DNA from: Halocafeteria seosinensis | Taxonomy: Eukaryota | Reading direction: 5' to 3' | NCBI GenBank assembly: GCA_001687465.1 | Contig: LVLI01000576.1 | Span: 1 to 57,118 of the forward strand | Length of the DNA: 57,118 nucleotides | Shown: in pieces, positions 10,491-22,599 of the stretch | Position numbering within the stretch: the first letter of the stretch is position 1 | How the letters are laid out: each line of letters opens with the position of its first letter | Notes under the pieces: generated by a model | Databases searched by the model: none | What the model was told of the DNA's origin: nothing | The model's input: the letters and a program-made list of their open reading frames with translations, nothing else | Position numbers and translations under genes: made by a program

Positions 10491-12557
10491 ATGAGCCATG
10501 ATGCTGCCACAATGCCCTACGCCCACCGTTTGGATGGCTTGAATGCGCCTTCGGTGTGGCACGAATTCAATCCTTTAGCGCAGCAGTACGCAGGTAAGAC
10601 TGGCTCAGCTGCCCCCAAACTTACCGCCGTCCATCGTCGTAGAACGTGTATCTGTGCAGCGGTCAACCTCGGACAAGGTGCTCCGAACTGGCAGGCGCCA
10701 CGATTCCTCAAGGAAGCGCTCAAGCGCGCTACGGATGAGGATTTCAACCAATACGCTCGCGCAAGTGGCCACATGCCTTTGGTGGAAGAATTAGCTAAGC
10801 ACTACACAAATGTCATTGGACGTACAATTGACCCCAGTACCGAGGTACGTATAATACAGCTTGGGGTTCACCACATCTGGCACAATTCCACCTGTCCGGG
10901 TGGCTGTGGAGCTGCAGATTACTACCACGATTGGAGCTTCCGAAGCACTCTACGCTGCTGTCCACGCTTACATTAACACGGGAGATGAGGTACGGTGACT
11001 GTGCCGTGTATGGGGGCTTAACTCATCGTGTATGACTTCATCAAGCGGCTATTCAATACCTCCGCGTCCAGGTGGTAACGCTGGAACCGGCATTTGACTT
11101 GTATACTGCTCAGGTGCGTTCAATATGGTTTGGTTCCATCGGTCTCCCAAAAGGAGTATTCTTTGCTCGCCGCCAACTTTGAACAGGTGAAAATGGCGGG
11201 AGGCATAATGAGATACGTGCCACTGAGGTTAACTGACGGAAAGGATGGCCAGCAACGACGTAAGTAGCCAGCCAATTGACTAATGGGAACAATTAGCATC
11301 TACAGCTACAGCCCGAGTGCTGTATGTATCTCTAATACTGCAGGATGGTATCTAGACATGGAAGAGCTTGAGGCAGCCATCACGCCAAACACGAAGATGT
11401 TCATTCTGAACACGCCACATAATCCCACCGGAAAGACATTCGATGCCGCAGAGCTGGAAGAAATGGCGAAGGTGTTTGAGAAACACCCTCAAGTACTTGC
11501 TGTCAGTGGTAGGTCATAATTACCAACCACACTATAGAGACAAGGAAGAGACCTGTTAACGAGATTCCAAAATGTCTGCGCAGATGAAGTATATGAACAC
11601 ATGACCTACGACGGAAAGAAACATGTGCAGCTTGCGAGCGTACGCGATATGTGGAAGCGGTAAGTTATGCACGCGGTAAGAGCAGCGAATTTGCTCAGAG
11701 ATAATAGTTTGATATATTATGGCTCATTCAGTACCTTAACGGTGTCATCCGCCGGGAAGACGTTCTCTGTAACAGGGTGGAAAATCGGATGGGTCGTCGG
11801 GCCTTCTCATTTAGTCAAGGTAATAGATTCCTGTTGAAATTTTTAATATGCGTATCAATGCGATTTACCTTGAGGCGCATGCAGGGTATAATGCTGGCAA
11901 ACACCTGGATTCACTTCGCTGCTGCAACACCGTTGCAACAGGGACTAGCATACGCGTTCCAGGAGAGCATGAACGCGTATGAGGGATCTCCTAAGTATGT
12001 TTGTCTGGTCGGGAATTAGTTAGCGGCATGTCCTCTTGTAGGCTACGACCAATTATCTTACAGCTACTTCGACTTTTTAAGGAGTGAGTATTTGCGGAAA
12101 AGGGAAAAGCTAGCCACCGCTCTTCGTGACGCTGGTTTGGAACCAATCCTTCCGGAAGGCGGCTTCTTGTAAGTGGATGGATTCTTCAATGCTTTCCATG
12201 AAGATAAAGCCTAAATCTGCATTTGCTACAGTATCATGGCTGACACAAGCTCTGTGGAAATCCCTCGAGCATATTTGGAGGCTTCCACAGAATCCTGCCC
12301 CAAGATGCAGCGCGACTGGGCGTTTTGTAGGTAAGACCCGGGTCTTTGCGGAAATAAGGATTTTGAAGTAAGCAAGTTCTATTCAATGTATCCGCAGGTG
12401 GATGACTATAGAGAAAGGGATATGCGCAATACCACCAAGCGCGTTTTATCAGGAGGAGGATAAACACCTGGCCGCCAATTTGGCAAGGTTCGCGTTTTGC
12501 AAGACAGACGAAGCATTAGATGAAGCGGCGAAAATTTTGAAAAAGCTGCGACAGTAG
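10491..12557 (+). CDS. KYAT1: Kynurenine-oxoglutarate/glutamine transaminase (class I/II PLP aminotransferase), ~12 exons
   Basis: Motifs AVNLGQG, NQYARASGH, ILNTPHNPTGK, SDEVYEH, SSAGKTFSVTGWKIGW (PLP Lys) and RFAFCK. All 11 introns found are GT-AG. Confidence 0.9.
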
Positions 12558-12563
12558 CGCTCA

Positions 12564-14447
12564 TCACCCCTCTAGGGCTTTTTTTGCCATTTCCAGGGCA
12601 CCCTCATACGAGGTATTGCCACCTATGAACCCACTTGCATCTGCAGCAAGCATACTAGGCTTTGTGCCTTATGACAACGCCATGCATTACGTTCTACGAC
12701 TTACGAACGAAAACGCATCCTTCTATTCCCGAGATGCTTTCAAGTTCAGAGCCTCGTTGCCCTCTCCAGGCTTCGGGTAATGGCTTTCGCAGTGCAAAGC
12801 TGTCACGTTCCAGTGGGGCTCCTTGAATTCGCCTGAATCGTGGAGTTAGCTCCGCTTGTGGTATCCGCAAATTATTGTTCGACCAGAAGTCTGAACTTAC
12901 CAGTTTCCTCTGTTGTCTTGGAACAGGACATACTTGGTCCTCCCTGGGATACCGAGTTCCTCTTCTGCATTTGTAGTTATATGCAAGCAATTGAAAAGCA
13001 ACTGAATGAATACGCGAGCTTGTTATATCGTACCAATGTCGAATAGGTGCGCTTGCCATGGACAGAATCGAGATAGAGCTATAATTTCTTTCGAAGGGTG
13101 CACCTGAGAAACCCGCGTCACAGTGAATTCCTCTCAAAAGTGTTTATGATGACAATGAATCGTTCCTACCTTTGCCGAGTTCTCGATGGCATCGTATACA
13201 TACTCTCTAGCGGGTAGCCATTGATCGAATTTTCCGAGAACGATCTCGACGAGCTCGTCAACAGCAGTGATCATCTGCATCATTGCAATGATTGACGTTT
13301 TAGAGATGGTGACGATATGGTCGCATGCGGCCTGTGCAACGTACCGCGCGCTTGAACGATCTATTCTCTACTTCTGGGGTTTGCTCTTCATCCCACGAAG
13401 GATTCAAGCGGCCCACTCGTGAGCTCAAGTGGGTACCAAATGTGTACCTGTAAGCACAATCGTAGCAGTCAAAAACTCTCATGCGGGTTCAAACGATAAG
13501 TCTTCCTCTGTCTCACCTAGGCTCGTCACAAACATCGACACCGTTATCGATAGCATCGATTTCCTGGATCATGTCCTTGTAGGTCTTGTCATATAAGACA
13601 TCAATGTTACGTGTCGAGCGCTGCGATTGTGGTTTAATGTCTCACTTAGGTTTACCATCGCTACGTTTTACAGTGTATCACAACTAGTATAAAATACCTG
13701 AGCTGCCTGTTTTGTGCTCATGGAAGTGATAGCGTTAATGACCTCTTTCCCGAAGTGCCTGCAAAGCATCGACAACGTCACCAGCTAACGGGTCTCGTCT
13801 TCGCACGAGAAGGCAATAATGTCATACTTGTACACCAGTCCTGCACTAGATAGTCTGATGGAGTAGTTCTCCATAGTACCTTGGAACTCTGGTTGATGAT
13901 GATCGAATCTATTCCTGTAAACCAATGTGCTGCATTCATGTTAGCAAAGATGTAACTCTAGGGTCCGTACCTGGACGCGTCATACTCTCCTCCAACATCC
14001 ACTACGATATGAGCATCATTTATAATCTCGGGAGTCCGAGTTCGGACAATTGCTGCACATGTTAGAGCATCATACGTACGGGTATTTTGGTGCTGACTCC
14101 GACTACAAGACTGGACTGTACGGGAGAAACACCTACGGATATTGGCAAACTGAGGCAGTAATTTCAGCATGGCGCACGCGAGCGCCTCATCGCAGTGAAA
14201 TTTCCCATGGTGAGTACAAATATATGACGTATCCTGTAAAGAATTAGATTTAGGGTAAGTTCGTATCCACTTCGTGATCTTTGAAGGCTTTGGGCATTAA
14301 ACTACGCACATTATTTGGCTTCTCACTAAGGACGTCCGTTGAAGCAAGGTGGTCCCGGAATTTTTTCCATCCTTCGGTTTTGCCAACTTCTTGAAATAAT
14401 TGCTCTGCGGTGGCCATATCTGTTTTGGCTCGTTTGGAGCTGTTCAT
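12564..14447 (-). CDS. MYG1: MYG1 (UPF0160) exonuclease, multi-exon
   Basis: Motifs CTHHGKFHCDEALACAML, VDVGGEYD, FDHHQ, LSSAGLVYKHFG, IDAIDNGV, LSSRVGRLNP, RKPLPEAWRG and ASGFIGGN. Confidence 0.92.
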
Positions 14448-15317
14448 CGCCTGCCCGACGGGAATACTTGTAGGCGCTCTAAGGGAGACCACGGACACAA
14501 TACCCTTTCGTTGGAACAAACCACGGACACACAAGTGTATTACCATTGTTTAGACAGGGTAGAAGCGGCAGGAAGCGGTTCAATTCCTTGGATAACGTGG
14601 CATACACAGACATTTCAGGTCGATTCCACTCCAACTTCACAAAGTTTTCGCCCTTCTTCAACTCCCCACAATGATTGTCGTGTATCCTCAGTGCGGAAAG
14701 CCGGCATATCAGGGGAGCTCCTCAACGGAAAGGTCGAACCGAAGGGGCACAACAGGGGGAGGTGGAATGGGCGGGACAGAGCCGTACCCTTTGTGCTCTA
14801 AATGCCCTGAAAGTCCTTTTTGTTGTTTTGTAGTTGCCTCACCTTGAAGAAGCAACAAAGTGATAGTCGATCTTTGCTCAACGACCTCGTATATGGGTTG
14901 TATTCTATGTCTACATTCCCTGTGTTGGTTGTACATTGCACGTCTAGAACAAGCAAGTCATTCTGTCCAATTATTGCTGTCTTGAGGGTCTCTATACAGG
15001 TAAGAAAACCTAATTAAACCACATGGCTACGCTTTTCAAAAGCAAAATGGCTGATATGTGCTCTGTGAGCTATGATAGTCCGCTTGAGAGGCAAGTCATG
15101 GGATATAGTATCCTCCCACACCATGCCACGTTACCATGGCTGAGTGGGGGATCTATCGTCCCCGTGTTAAGCTCGCAAGACAAGCGAGCACTCATGTATT
15201 AACTGCCACTTGCATGTTACCTGACAGTCTCTGAGAGGCTTTAATCTTGTCCCTGTTGTGTATACAATGCCTGCAGTTACACAAGTGCTCCTACGTTCCT
15301 CTGAAACAACTAAAAAG

Positions 15318-17437
15318 ATGGATCTACACCATGATCCTCATGATTTTCCCAAACTGGGTCAGGTAAGTCGAAAACCTTTCCCATTTTCCCCACCTTTTCT
15401 CGATTTCTGCTCCCCTTGAGCATTTGATGGGTGGTCTACTAGAATTCCATTCATATAGAGGCACTCAAAGGGGTGGAGGAAGGGAAGGAAGAGAAGAATG
15501 AAGAGTTTTCGTCTCCGGGTTGAAGTGCTTCAACGTGCGTTGGGTTGAAGCTGACGCCGCGGGAAGCAAAACCAGCTACTTTTCTGACTGAGCTACGCCA
15601 AGAGAATCCAAGCACATAAGACCACTTGTTCAGTTGGTCTCTTCTAAGAAACCTTCATTGCCTAAATCTTGATGCAAATGACAGTCATTGTCATGGCATA
15701 AATGAGCATGCCTCATCAACGTACTGGAGCGTGTATGATTGGGTTGGGCTTCTTCGTTTTTCATTGACACATGCCATGAATCTCTTGATGGGGCATGTTT
15801 TGTGAAATAACTGGGAGGGGAAGTAGTTTCTGGGTATTCAACATCACTTGACATTGACAAACCAGTTTAACATTTCCCTTCTTGTCCCCTCTGTGCCAAG
15901 GGGGGATGCCTGCGTGTTCCCTTCTCCTTTTTTGCCCCTGTTGGTTCTACCTATGGACCCCTCTGTACCCTCACATCAAGTGTCCCCTTTGAGCAAGCCC
16001 TTGAGCCCCGCTCCTTCGTTTGGGTGGGTCCTTTGTCGGGGGGAGAAACTACAAAAAACAGTGCGGGGAGCCTACAGGGCAAGACGTAAGGCAACAAAAA
16101 TCATGAGGAATTTTCCTGTTTCCCCTTGCAGCCCCCTATGGACCCGGGAAGCCGCCCCAAGGGACTTCAGCTACCACAGGTAAGTTACAATGCATAAAAG
16201 ACGTAGCAAACAGGCAAGGAATGTTTGCGAAAATACCCAGTTGAGTTGGTTGATTAGTTTCGTGCCTTTAACTGGTTGGTCTGACAAGCTTGTGTAACTC
16301 CGTTTTATTCCGTTGACAATTCCAGGGAATCGGCACTCCACTTGGGGACATCCTCGCTGTCAAAGATGGTCTTCAGCGTGTAGAGGCGGATTCTGACGTT
16401 CTTAAAGGACTACACATGCTGATGTATAATAACGCTGGGAAGAAGACCCAGAGAAAGAGAGATATTCGGCTGTTCTACGGGTTCGACCCAACTGACGGAA
16501 AACACGAATTGCGAAAGGAGCAACTGCTCGCGACCAAGACTTGGACGGTACGTATTGATGGAACCACACAAGTTTCGCATCTTCTTCTAGTTCTACGATG
16601 CTGTTGGCTAGTGTCTTTCCACAGACGGATCAATTAAAGTCAGTATGTCAACTACTCGGACTGGAAAGAGGCGGAAACAAAAATGCGTTGGTTAACAGAA
16701 TTATTGATTTCCTCTACAATCCTGACCCGGCGGTCACTCGAGTACCTTCAAAAGTAAGTATTGTTTATTTTCTGCGGCTAGTGTACTGATTCTTACTCAA
16801 CTTATATTTATTTTCGCTCATCAGTCCCAACGTTCCGCTAAGGGATTGAATGCACCACGTAAACCGAAGAAGGATCCCGATGCTCCAAAGAAACCCATGA
16901 CGGCTTACTTTGCGTTTGCGCAAGAAGTGCGCCCACACTTAAAGGCTCAGTACCCTGAAAGGAATGTGACCGATATTGCCAGAATCATTGGAGAAAAATG
17001 GAGGGAGCTGAAGGACTCCCAGAAGAAGCCATACGAGGCTATCGCAGCTAGAGACAAAATGCGCTACGAGCGAGAAATGGCTCGCTACCAGCCACCTCCT
17101 GAGTCAATTCAGACCGGCAAGAAGAAGCGCGATCCCTATGCTCCAAAAAGACCCCGCTCAGCATATTTCTTGTTCGCTAACGATAAACGCCAAGAAGTCG
17201 CTTCCACAAATCCTGAATTCTCTGTGCTGGATGTAGGACGGAAACTCGGGGAATTGTGGAGAAATCTCGACCCTGCCTCAAAAAAAGTATGTTAGTACCT
17301 TGTCTTTCACCATTAAGATATCAGTGCCGCAATGATTTTGAATGCAGATATATGAAGAGGCATCTATCCGCGATAAAGTGAGGTACGAGCGAGAGAAGGC
17401 AGCCTACGAGCGAGGGCAGCTGACTCAGCAACCCTAA
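15318..17437 (+). CDS. DEK N-terminal (pseudo-SAP/SAP) domain fused to two HMG boxes; start uncertain (15318 or 16138)
   Basis: DEK-like block LPQGIGTPLGDI...LKGLHMLMYNNAG...RDIRLFYGF...LKSVCQLLGLERGGNKNALVNRIIDFLYNP. Two HMG boxes follow: KDPDAPKKPMTAYFAF...IGEKWREL and RDPYAPKRPRSAYFLF...LGELWRNL. Confidence 0.82.
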
Positions 17438-17615
17438 GAATTCAGGCAATAACGGAGACCTGGCATGTATATACTAATTAACTAGCAGCCCCTTCAGAGG
17501 TTGCTTCTGTAATGCAGTGATATGTAAACCTACACGGTGGAGTTAACAAAATAAACTGCGTACTGATATGTAAACCATTTTGAATATACTAAGTTACTTG
17601 GTGCTTCTGCTCTCA

Positions 17616-18726
17616 TCACAATGGGCGAATGAATACCTGGATGAAACAGTTATCGTCCACCTCAGCCTGTTGTAAATGATGTTCATCTATAAGTTCACGT
17701 CCTTGGTACATGAGCCTTTGTCGCTGGGGAAGAAGCCCTTTGCCTGCCCATTTGTTTGGTGAGCCTTTATGTCCGTCCCATTTTCCCTGACCATTCGGTA
17801 TAATTCAAGTTGTAAAGCTAAACGTTGGATATTCTATAGCCTTCAAAAGAACAATTACTTACTTCTCGTAATTCCTTGTGTAGCGCATTTTTCAACTCTG
17901 CAACTGTCTGATTACTCTTGAATTGCATCTGAACGTCTTGTTCCATATTCTCCGGCTGTGAAAAAGGCCACGGAGAGCGAATGAAGCTTCGCTTTAGAGC
18001 AGTATCTCTGACGTTGGGAGCTACTTACTGTACCACATATCCTAAACTTTATAGTCATAGAAACTGGATCCCCTTTATGAGGTATTTGCTGTCTTTTTCT
18101 TCTCTTAGCTTCTTCTTGGCTGATTAAATTCCGGGGAAGGCTAAAGCAGTATAGCGGAATATTATATTCAATTCCTTGTGAGTCATAGCACCACTCCAAC
18201 GTTCCATAAGGAGTTCGTATATCGGCGGCGTGTAAAATTGTGTTTGCTGTTTCGTAGTCATTCGATTCACAGACAAGCTCAGCCACCATACGCAGATTAT
18301 CCCGACTCCGGGCGTTACCCGTGACGAACGAATCCCAAAAGTCCTGCAGAACCACAAGCGTTGGCGGATTACCAAATTTTCACATTTAAGAAAGAGGAGT
18401 ACGCAAACCCTTTTCTTTCACACATACACTACGCATTCTGTCAATATCGTCCTTCGTTACCAGGTATGGATGATCCCAAGCTTGAGGCGGCCGAATTTGG
18501 TGCGGCGTCGCGGGGTCAGCTATGCGTTCATCCACTGTACTCCGTTGTTGCACGCCTGCGCAGGTCATTTATAGTCGACATAAGCGTGTGTATAGCGACG
18601 TGAGAGATAGTACGTCGACGTAAGAGATAGTATATCGACAAAATACTTCTGCCGGGAACTTGGCTTACCTGGAGGTCCATTATTTTCCCCTCCGGAATTG
18701 GCCGTGCTGCTAAAGCCACAACCCAT
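17616..18726 (-). CDS. UBTD: Ubiquitin domain-containing protein (UBTD1/2, DC-UbP-like), multi-exon
   Basis: MGCGFSS acylation-type N-terminus, a UBD (FWDSF...GTLEWCYDSQGIEYNIPLYC) and a C-terminal Ubl (QRLMYQGRELIDEHHL...FIQVFI). Confidence 0.82.
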
Positions 18727-19308
18727 TCCCTTACTGTACGGTACGTGTATACTGTGCTGGTACTCTGATCTGAAATGAAGAAAAGACCCCCTTCTGTATG
18801 GGTGGGTTACCGGGGAGAAATCTTCGCAGAATACTCCTCTTGCAGAGCCCAATCTCTCTATTCGCGTGATATTTTCAACCCAGGCCGTTCCATACACATA
18901 TCCGCCATCATCTACAACAGAGATCCACGGGTAACATGAACAAGGTACACCGAATTCGTCGTGTATACGTGGCCAAGACCACAGAAAGACTGGCACAAAA
19001 GTTTATCATGTTGAAGATCAAATCGTTTTCGACGAAACTTTTCGTGGTCAATGGCATCGAGGCGGAAGTGTAATGTAACTACTGGTAGTACAAGATACAG
19101 ACAAAAAAGTGGGAGCGCTTCACACAAAATACTGAGACAAGTTCCCTTGGATGATTGTCTTATTTTTCCTCGGAAAGTACGAATTCACCCATTCCCTCAC
19201 TTACGATGAGTGAACCGAACAGATACATCCAAACTGAGTATCCCAAAGGGCAACAACGAACGACGAAAATAGCAGCGCAATCCTAAACTTTCCTCCTTTG
19301 CGAGAAGT

Positions 19309-22300
19309 TCATTCGGAGGGAACAGGCACAACACGCTGAGACTTGGTCCTCTCTTCTGCTTGCGTTTCGGATGTCGCAGTGTCGTAACTGTTGTCCTGGG
19401 GACGATTCACTTCCTTTGGTGCCTGGCGGCGCTTGCGTTTATGTGCTCGACGCGGAGGTGGACGGGCGTGGCCCCTTCCGCGGCTAGCAGAACTCTTCTT
19501 ATGCTGGGTAGACACGGACGACATCCTCTCGCGTATCTTACGGTGAATTTCCTCATGGACCTTTTCATAATGCAAATCTGATATATCCTCGACGCTACTA
19601 TCAGTTGTGTCTCCATCAACAGCCTCACTGCACTTGTACCCGCCCAAGTCAATGTAATCAGGTGCAGTGCGGTCTATGGGGGTGTCTTCGTTAGCCTTTT
19701 TAGATTCCTTGTTTTCCGATACAGGAACCTTCCTTCCCTCCTCATCAAAGAAGCGATCCCAAGCAGTCTCTGGGCGCCTCCAATTCGATCCCGATCCGTA
19801 ACCGTAGCCCGGCACGGCACCATACTTGTCCCAAATTTTCGTCCCTTTGTCGACAGTACCATCAATAACAGCAGTCCCTAGATCAACAAATTGTGGTGTA
19901 TGAACGCTTGACTGGGCATACGCATCCCAAGCAGAAGCAGCAGAATCCGAGAGCCGGCTACTGACACTACCACTACTGCTCTGAGGTGACAAAGGCGTTC
20001 CCTTCGCTGCTTCGCTGGAGAATCCGAAGCTCCTAAACGACGACTCATTTGCTTTGCCTACGTCGTTGTTCTGTGGTGCATATGGTTTCAATGCAACCAT
20101 CACGGATGAGGACTGCTGTCCGGTGTCTTCAGTCTCAGTAGAACCCTTTCTTTCTTGGCCAATCTTCACCGCACCCGTGGAGAGAAGGTAGTGTAGGCGC
20201 TGATCGTGAGTCATCTGCTCCCACGGCGTATCCGAAGGAACAGGTATGAGTCGCAGAGGAGAACGACCAGTAATGGCAAGCCATGTCGATTCCCGTTCCA
20301 GTAATGAGCAGCTGTCGTAGTCTCCTTCCTCGGCGGAGGAAGCACTTGAAGTACCACCAAAAGACTGAAACCTGGGGAGGCCATACTTTCCGTTTTCGTA
20401 CTCCTCGTCTCGCGGAGTCCCATAACTGTTTAATGAAGACATGCTGTCTTGTCTTATAGGTGTCATGGGTGAAGCAGAACCGTCGCACGGCGACCATGCC
20501 CCACCTTGCTGGAAGTCGCGATGGCGCTTGCTCGATGATCGAACTGGTTGGAAACAGTCTACCAATTCCTTTAAGGACGTCGTATGGGTTCGAAGTTCAG
20601 GTGAGGATTTCAATGCCGCCGCAGCTCCGGAACCACACACGTATGCACCACACAAAGCATCACCAGTTGCCAGCGGTGAATCACTATCCCCTGTAGCATC
20701 TCTAACTACTTGCAGCGGATCAAAAGTTGGAATGATTGAGGTGACAAACGCTTTGGCAATCTCCCTCCTGTTTGCTTTAGTCTTTTCGCGAGGCATGCCT
20801 TCACCTGTCGGGGGTTGAACTGCGCTGCCTCCACTGTAATACTTTGAAATTGTGTCAGAGAGGCTGCTAGTATCCCATCCAGCATCCAGTAGTTTGTCAA
20901 TAGTCTGATCCTGAGCGCATTTTTCTACTGCTTGGTCTATAGCATCGTCGTATCGCCGTCGAGCCTCGCTGATTATGGCAGCTAGCACCGTCAGCGACGG
21001 TAAATTTGTCGAATTCTGTGAAACCTCAGGAGCGTACACATGGGAGTTCAATGGGGACACAACTGCTTGGTTCGGGCACAGTAAACGATGAATGGTTGCC
21101 GCAATATTATCGATTTGCCGAACCTCACGAAACATTTTACGTTTCCATTGTTCAACAAAATTCGCCTCATTTTCTCTTGCACATGTTTCCGCGATTCTCT
21201 CTCCCTCTACGGGTTTACAATGAGACTGCAGCGAAGCCACTGCTGCTGTGGCAGCTACAGTCATCATGAGAAGGCGGCTACTACCACTCTTCTCCTTAAC
21301 ATTATTCACTAAATGCTCAAGATAAAACTGCCGTACAGCAGGAGAATGCCGGTATCCTAACGACGGTGCCCTCTTTACCAGTTCCTGTATATCGGCACTG
21401 TGAAGTTTCAATGCTGGGAGTAGAGCCAGTAACCGGTTAATGTCGACTCTCATTGGAGCTTGAGGGTGGAACTGTCCATTTGACGGCTTGCAGTTGGAGT
21501 CACTGTTGCTACAGTTCATGTCCATGCTTCCCTTTTTGCCGGAGTCCTGGGCATCACTCGTATGGGAGCGCGCAGGATCGACGCTTCCACTGCCCCCTTC
21601 TTCCAAGGGCGAGTTGTAGAGCACTCCACAGTGCTTCAGCTTCTCATATATACTCTGTACCCACCTGAAAACATCGTCACCCCCTGTGTCTTCTTTTCCA
21701 GTTTCTGAGTGTCTAAGTTTCGGTTGCACAGATTCTTTTACTTTGTTTACTAAACGAAGTCGATTATCGATAGGCCCTTCCGCAAACTCCTGAAGAATTT
21801 CTAGGCAAATTAAGGAAGTATCTGCTTCCGCAGACTCGTTATCAACTTCAGGATAGGCATTCTGCCAAAAACGTGACAGCTCCTTGAGCATAGAATTATC
21901 CTTGGCATCCTCCTTGGACTCAGGATTACGCTCTTTAGTCTCAGCATTGTTGCCCTGCAAAGTGCCATCTTTAGCGGCACCAGTGTCTTTTGAGTCCATT
22001 GTTGTGTCTTCCGTGTCACCGTTAGGTATAGTTGTCGCTTCATCTGTGCCTCCACCAAACTCTGACAAGAAGGCGGCTCCACTGGACCCAGTGGAATCAG
22101 GTTTCAAGTGACTTGATGCCAAGCTAGCGAATAACTTCGCTATATGTTCTTCTGTTGAACTCCTTGCCGTCAACGCTAGTCTGAACGTTTCATCCAAAAC
22201 CTGCGCTAGCTTGCGTACACTCCGAGTCCCTAGTGACCGGAGTAAGCGCCTCCTCTTCCGGCGAACATCGAGCGCGGCGCTCAACGCTGACGATGAGTCG

Positions 22301-22599
22301 AATGAACCATCTGCAGACGCAGACATTGTGTAGAGTGCAGAACGAGGGTAGTGCCGTCCCGTGCCTCCATTCCTTTCAGCCTTTTTGTTAGCATTGGACG
22401 AGTTTTTGGGACCATTCGAGGGCCCAGACTGTCGTCCATTGCTTTCCGCATCCAAGGCAGACTGTACAGAAGCTGAAGCTCCATCATGGGGAGCGCAGCT
22501 AGCACCGGAAGCAGCTGGTTTCTGTGGAAGAGGCGCCGCCGATTCCTTTTGGGGCTGAGTTTGGTCCCCGTAAGACATTTTCCTCGGCTCTACAGCCAT
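19309..22599 (-). CDS. Large intronless hypothetical protein (1096 aa)
   Basis: Uninterrupted ORF with Ser-rich disordered parts alternating with helical segments and a basic C-terminal patch. No domain was recognised. Confidence 0.8.
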   Translation of the reverse strand: MAVEPRKMSYGDQTQPQKESAAPLPQKPAASGASCAPHDGASASVQSALDAESNGRQSGPSNGPKNSSNANKKAERNGGTGRHYPRSALYTMSASADGSFDSSSALSAALDVRRKRRRLLRSLGTRSVRKLAQVLDETFRLALTARSSTEEHIAKLFASLASSHLKPDSTGSSGAAFLSEFGGGTDEATTIPNGDTEDTTMDSKDTGAAKDGTLQGNNAETKERNPESKEDAKDNSMLKELSRFWQNAYPEVDNESAEADTSLICLEILQEFAEGPIDNRLRLVNKVKESVQPKLRHSETGKEDTGGDDVFRWVQSIYEKLKHCGVLYNSPLEEGGSGSVDPARSHTSDAQDSGKKGSMDMNCSNSDSNCKPSNGQFHPQAPMRVDINRLLALLPALKLHSADIQELVKRAPSLGYRHSPAVRQFYLEHLVNNVKEKSGSSRLLMMTVAATAAVASLQSHCKPVEGERIAETCARENEANFVEQWKRKMFREVRQIDNIAATIHRLLCPNQAVVSPLNSHVYAPEVSQNSTNLPSLTVLAAIISEARRRYDDAIDQAVEKCAQDQTIDKLLDAGWDTSSLSDTISKYYSGGSAVQPPTGEGMPREKTKANRREIAKAFVTSIIPTFDPLQVVRDATGDSDSPLATGDALCGAYVCGSGAAAALKSSPELRTHTTSLKELVDCFQPVRSSSKRHRDFQQGGAWSPCDGSASPMTPIRQDSMSSLNSYGTPRDEEYENGKYGLPRFQSFGGTSSASSAEEGDYDSCSLLERESTWLAITGRSPLRLIPVPSDTPWEQMTHDQRLHYLLSTGAVKIGQERKGSTETEDTGQQSSSVMVALKPYAPQNNDVGKANESSFRSFGFSSEAAKGTPLSPQSSSGSVSSRLSDSAASAWDAYAQSSVHTPQFVDLGTAVIDGTVDKGTKIWDKYGAVPGYGYGSGSNWRRPETAWDRFFDEEGRKVPVSENKESKKANEDTPIDRTAPDYIDLGGYKCSEAVDGDTTDSSVEDISDLHYEKVHEEIHRKIRERMSSVSTQHKKSSASRGRGHARPPPRRAHKRKRRQAPKEVNRPQDNSYDTATSETQAEERTKSQRVVPVPSE

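Noticed and set aside
14570..14595. tRNA T-loop-like GGTTCAATTCC
   Set aside because: The flanks cannot form a T-stem, acceptor stem or D-arm.
15215..15280. CTGAGA motif suggesting a TPP riboswitch in an intron
   Set aside because: The downstream conserved CCTGA...TAATGC...GCG.AGG elements are not in the required order, and the host gene is unrelated to thiamine.
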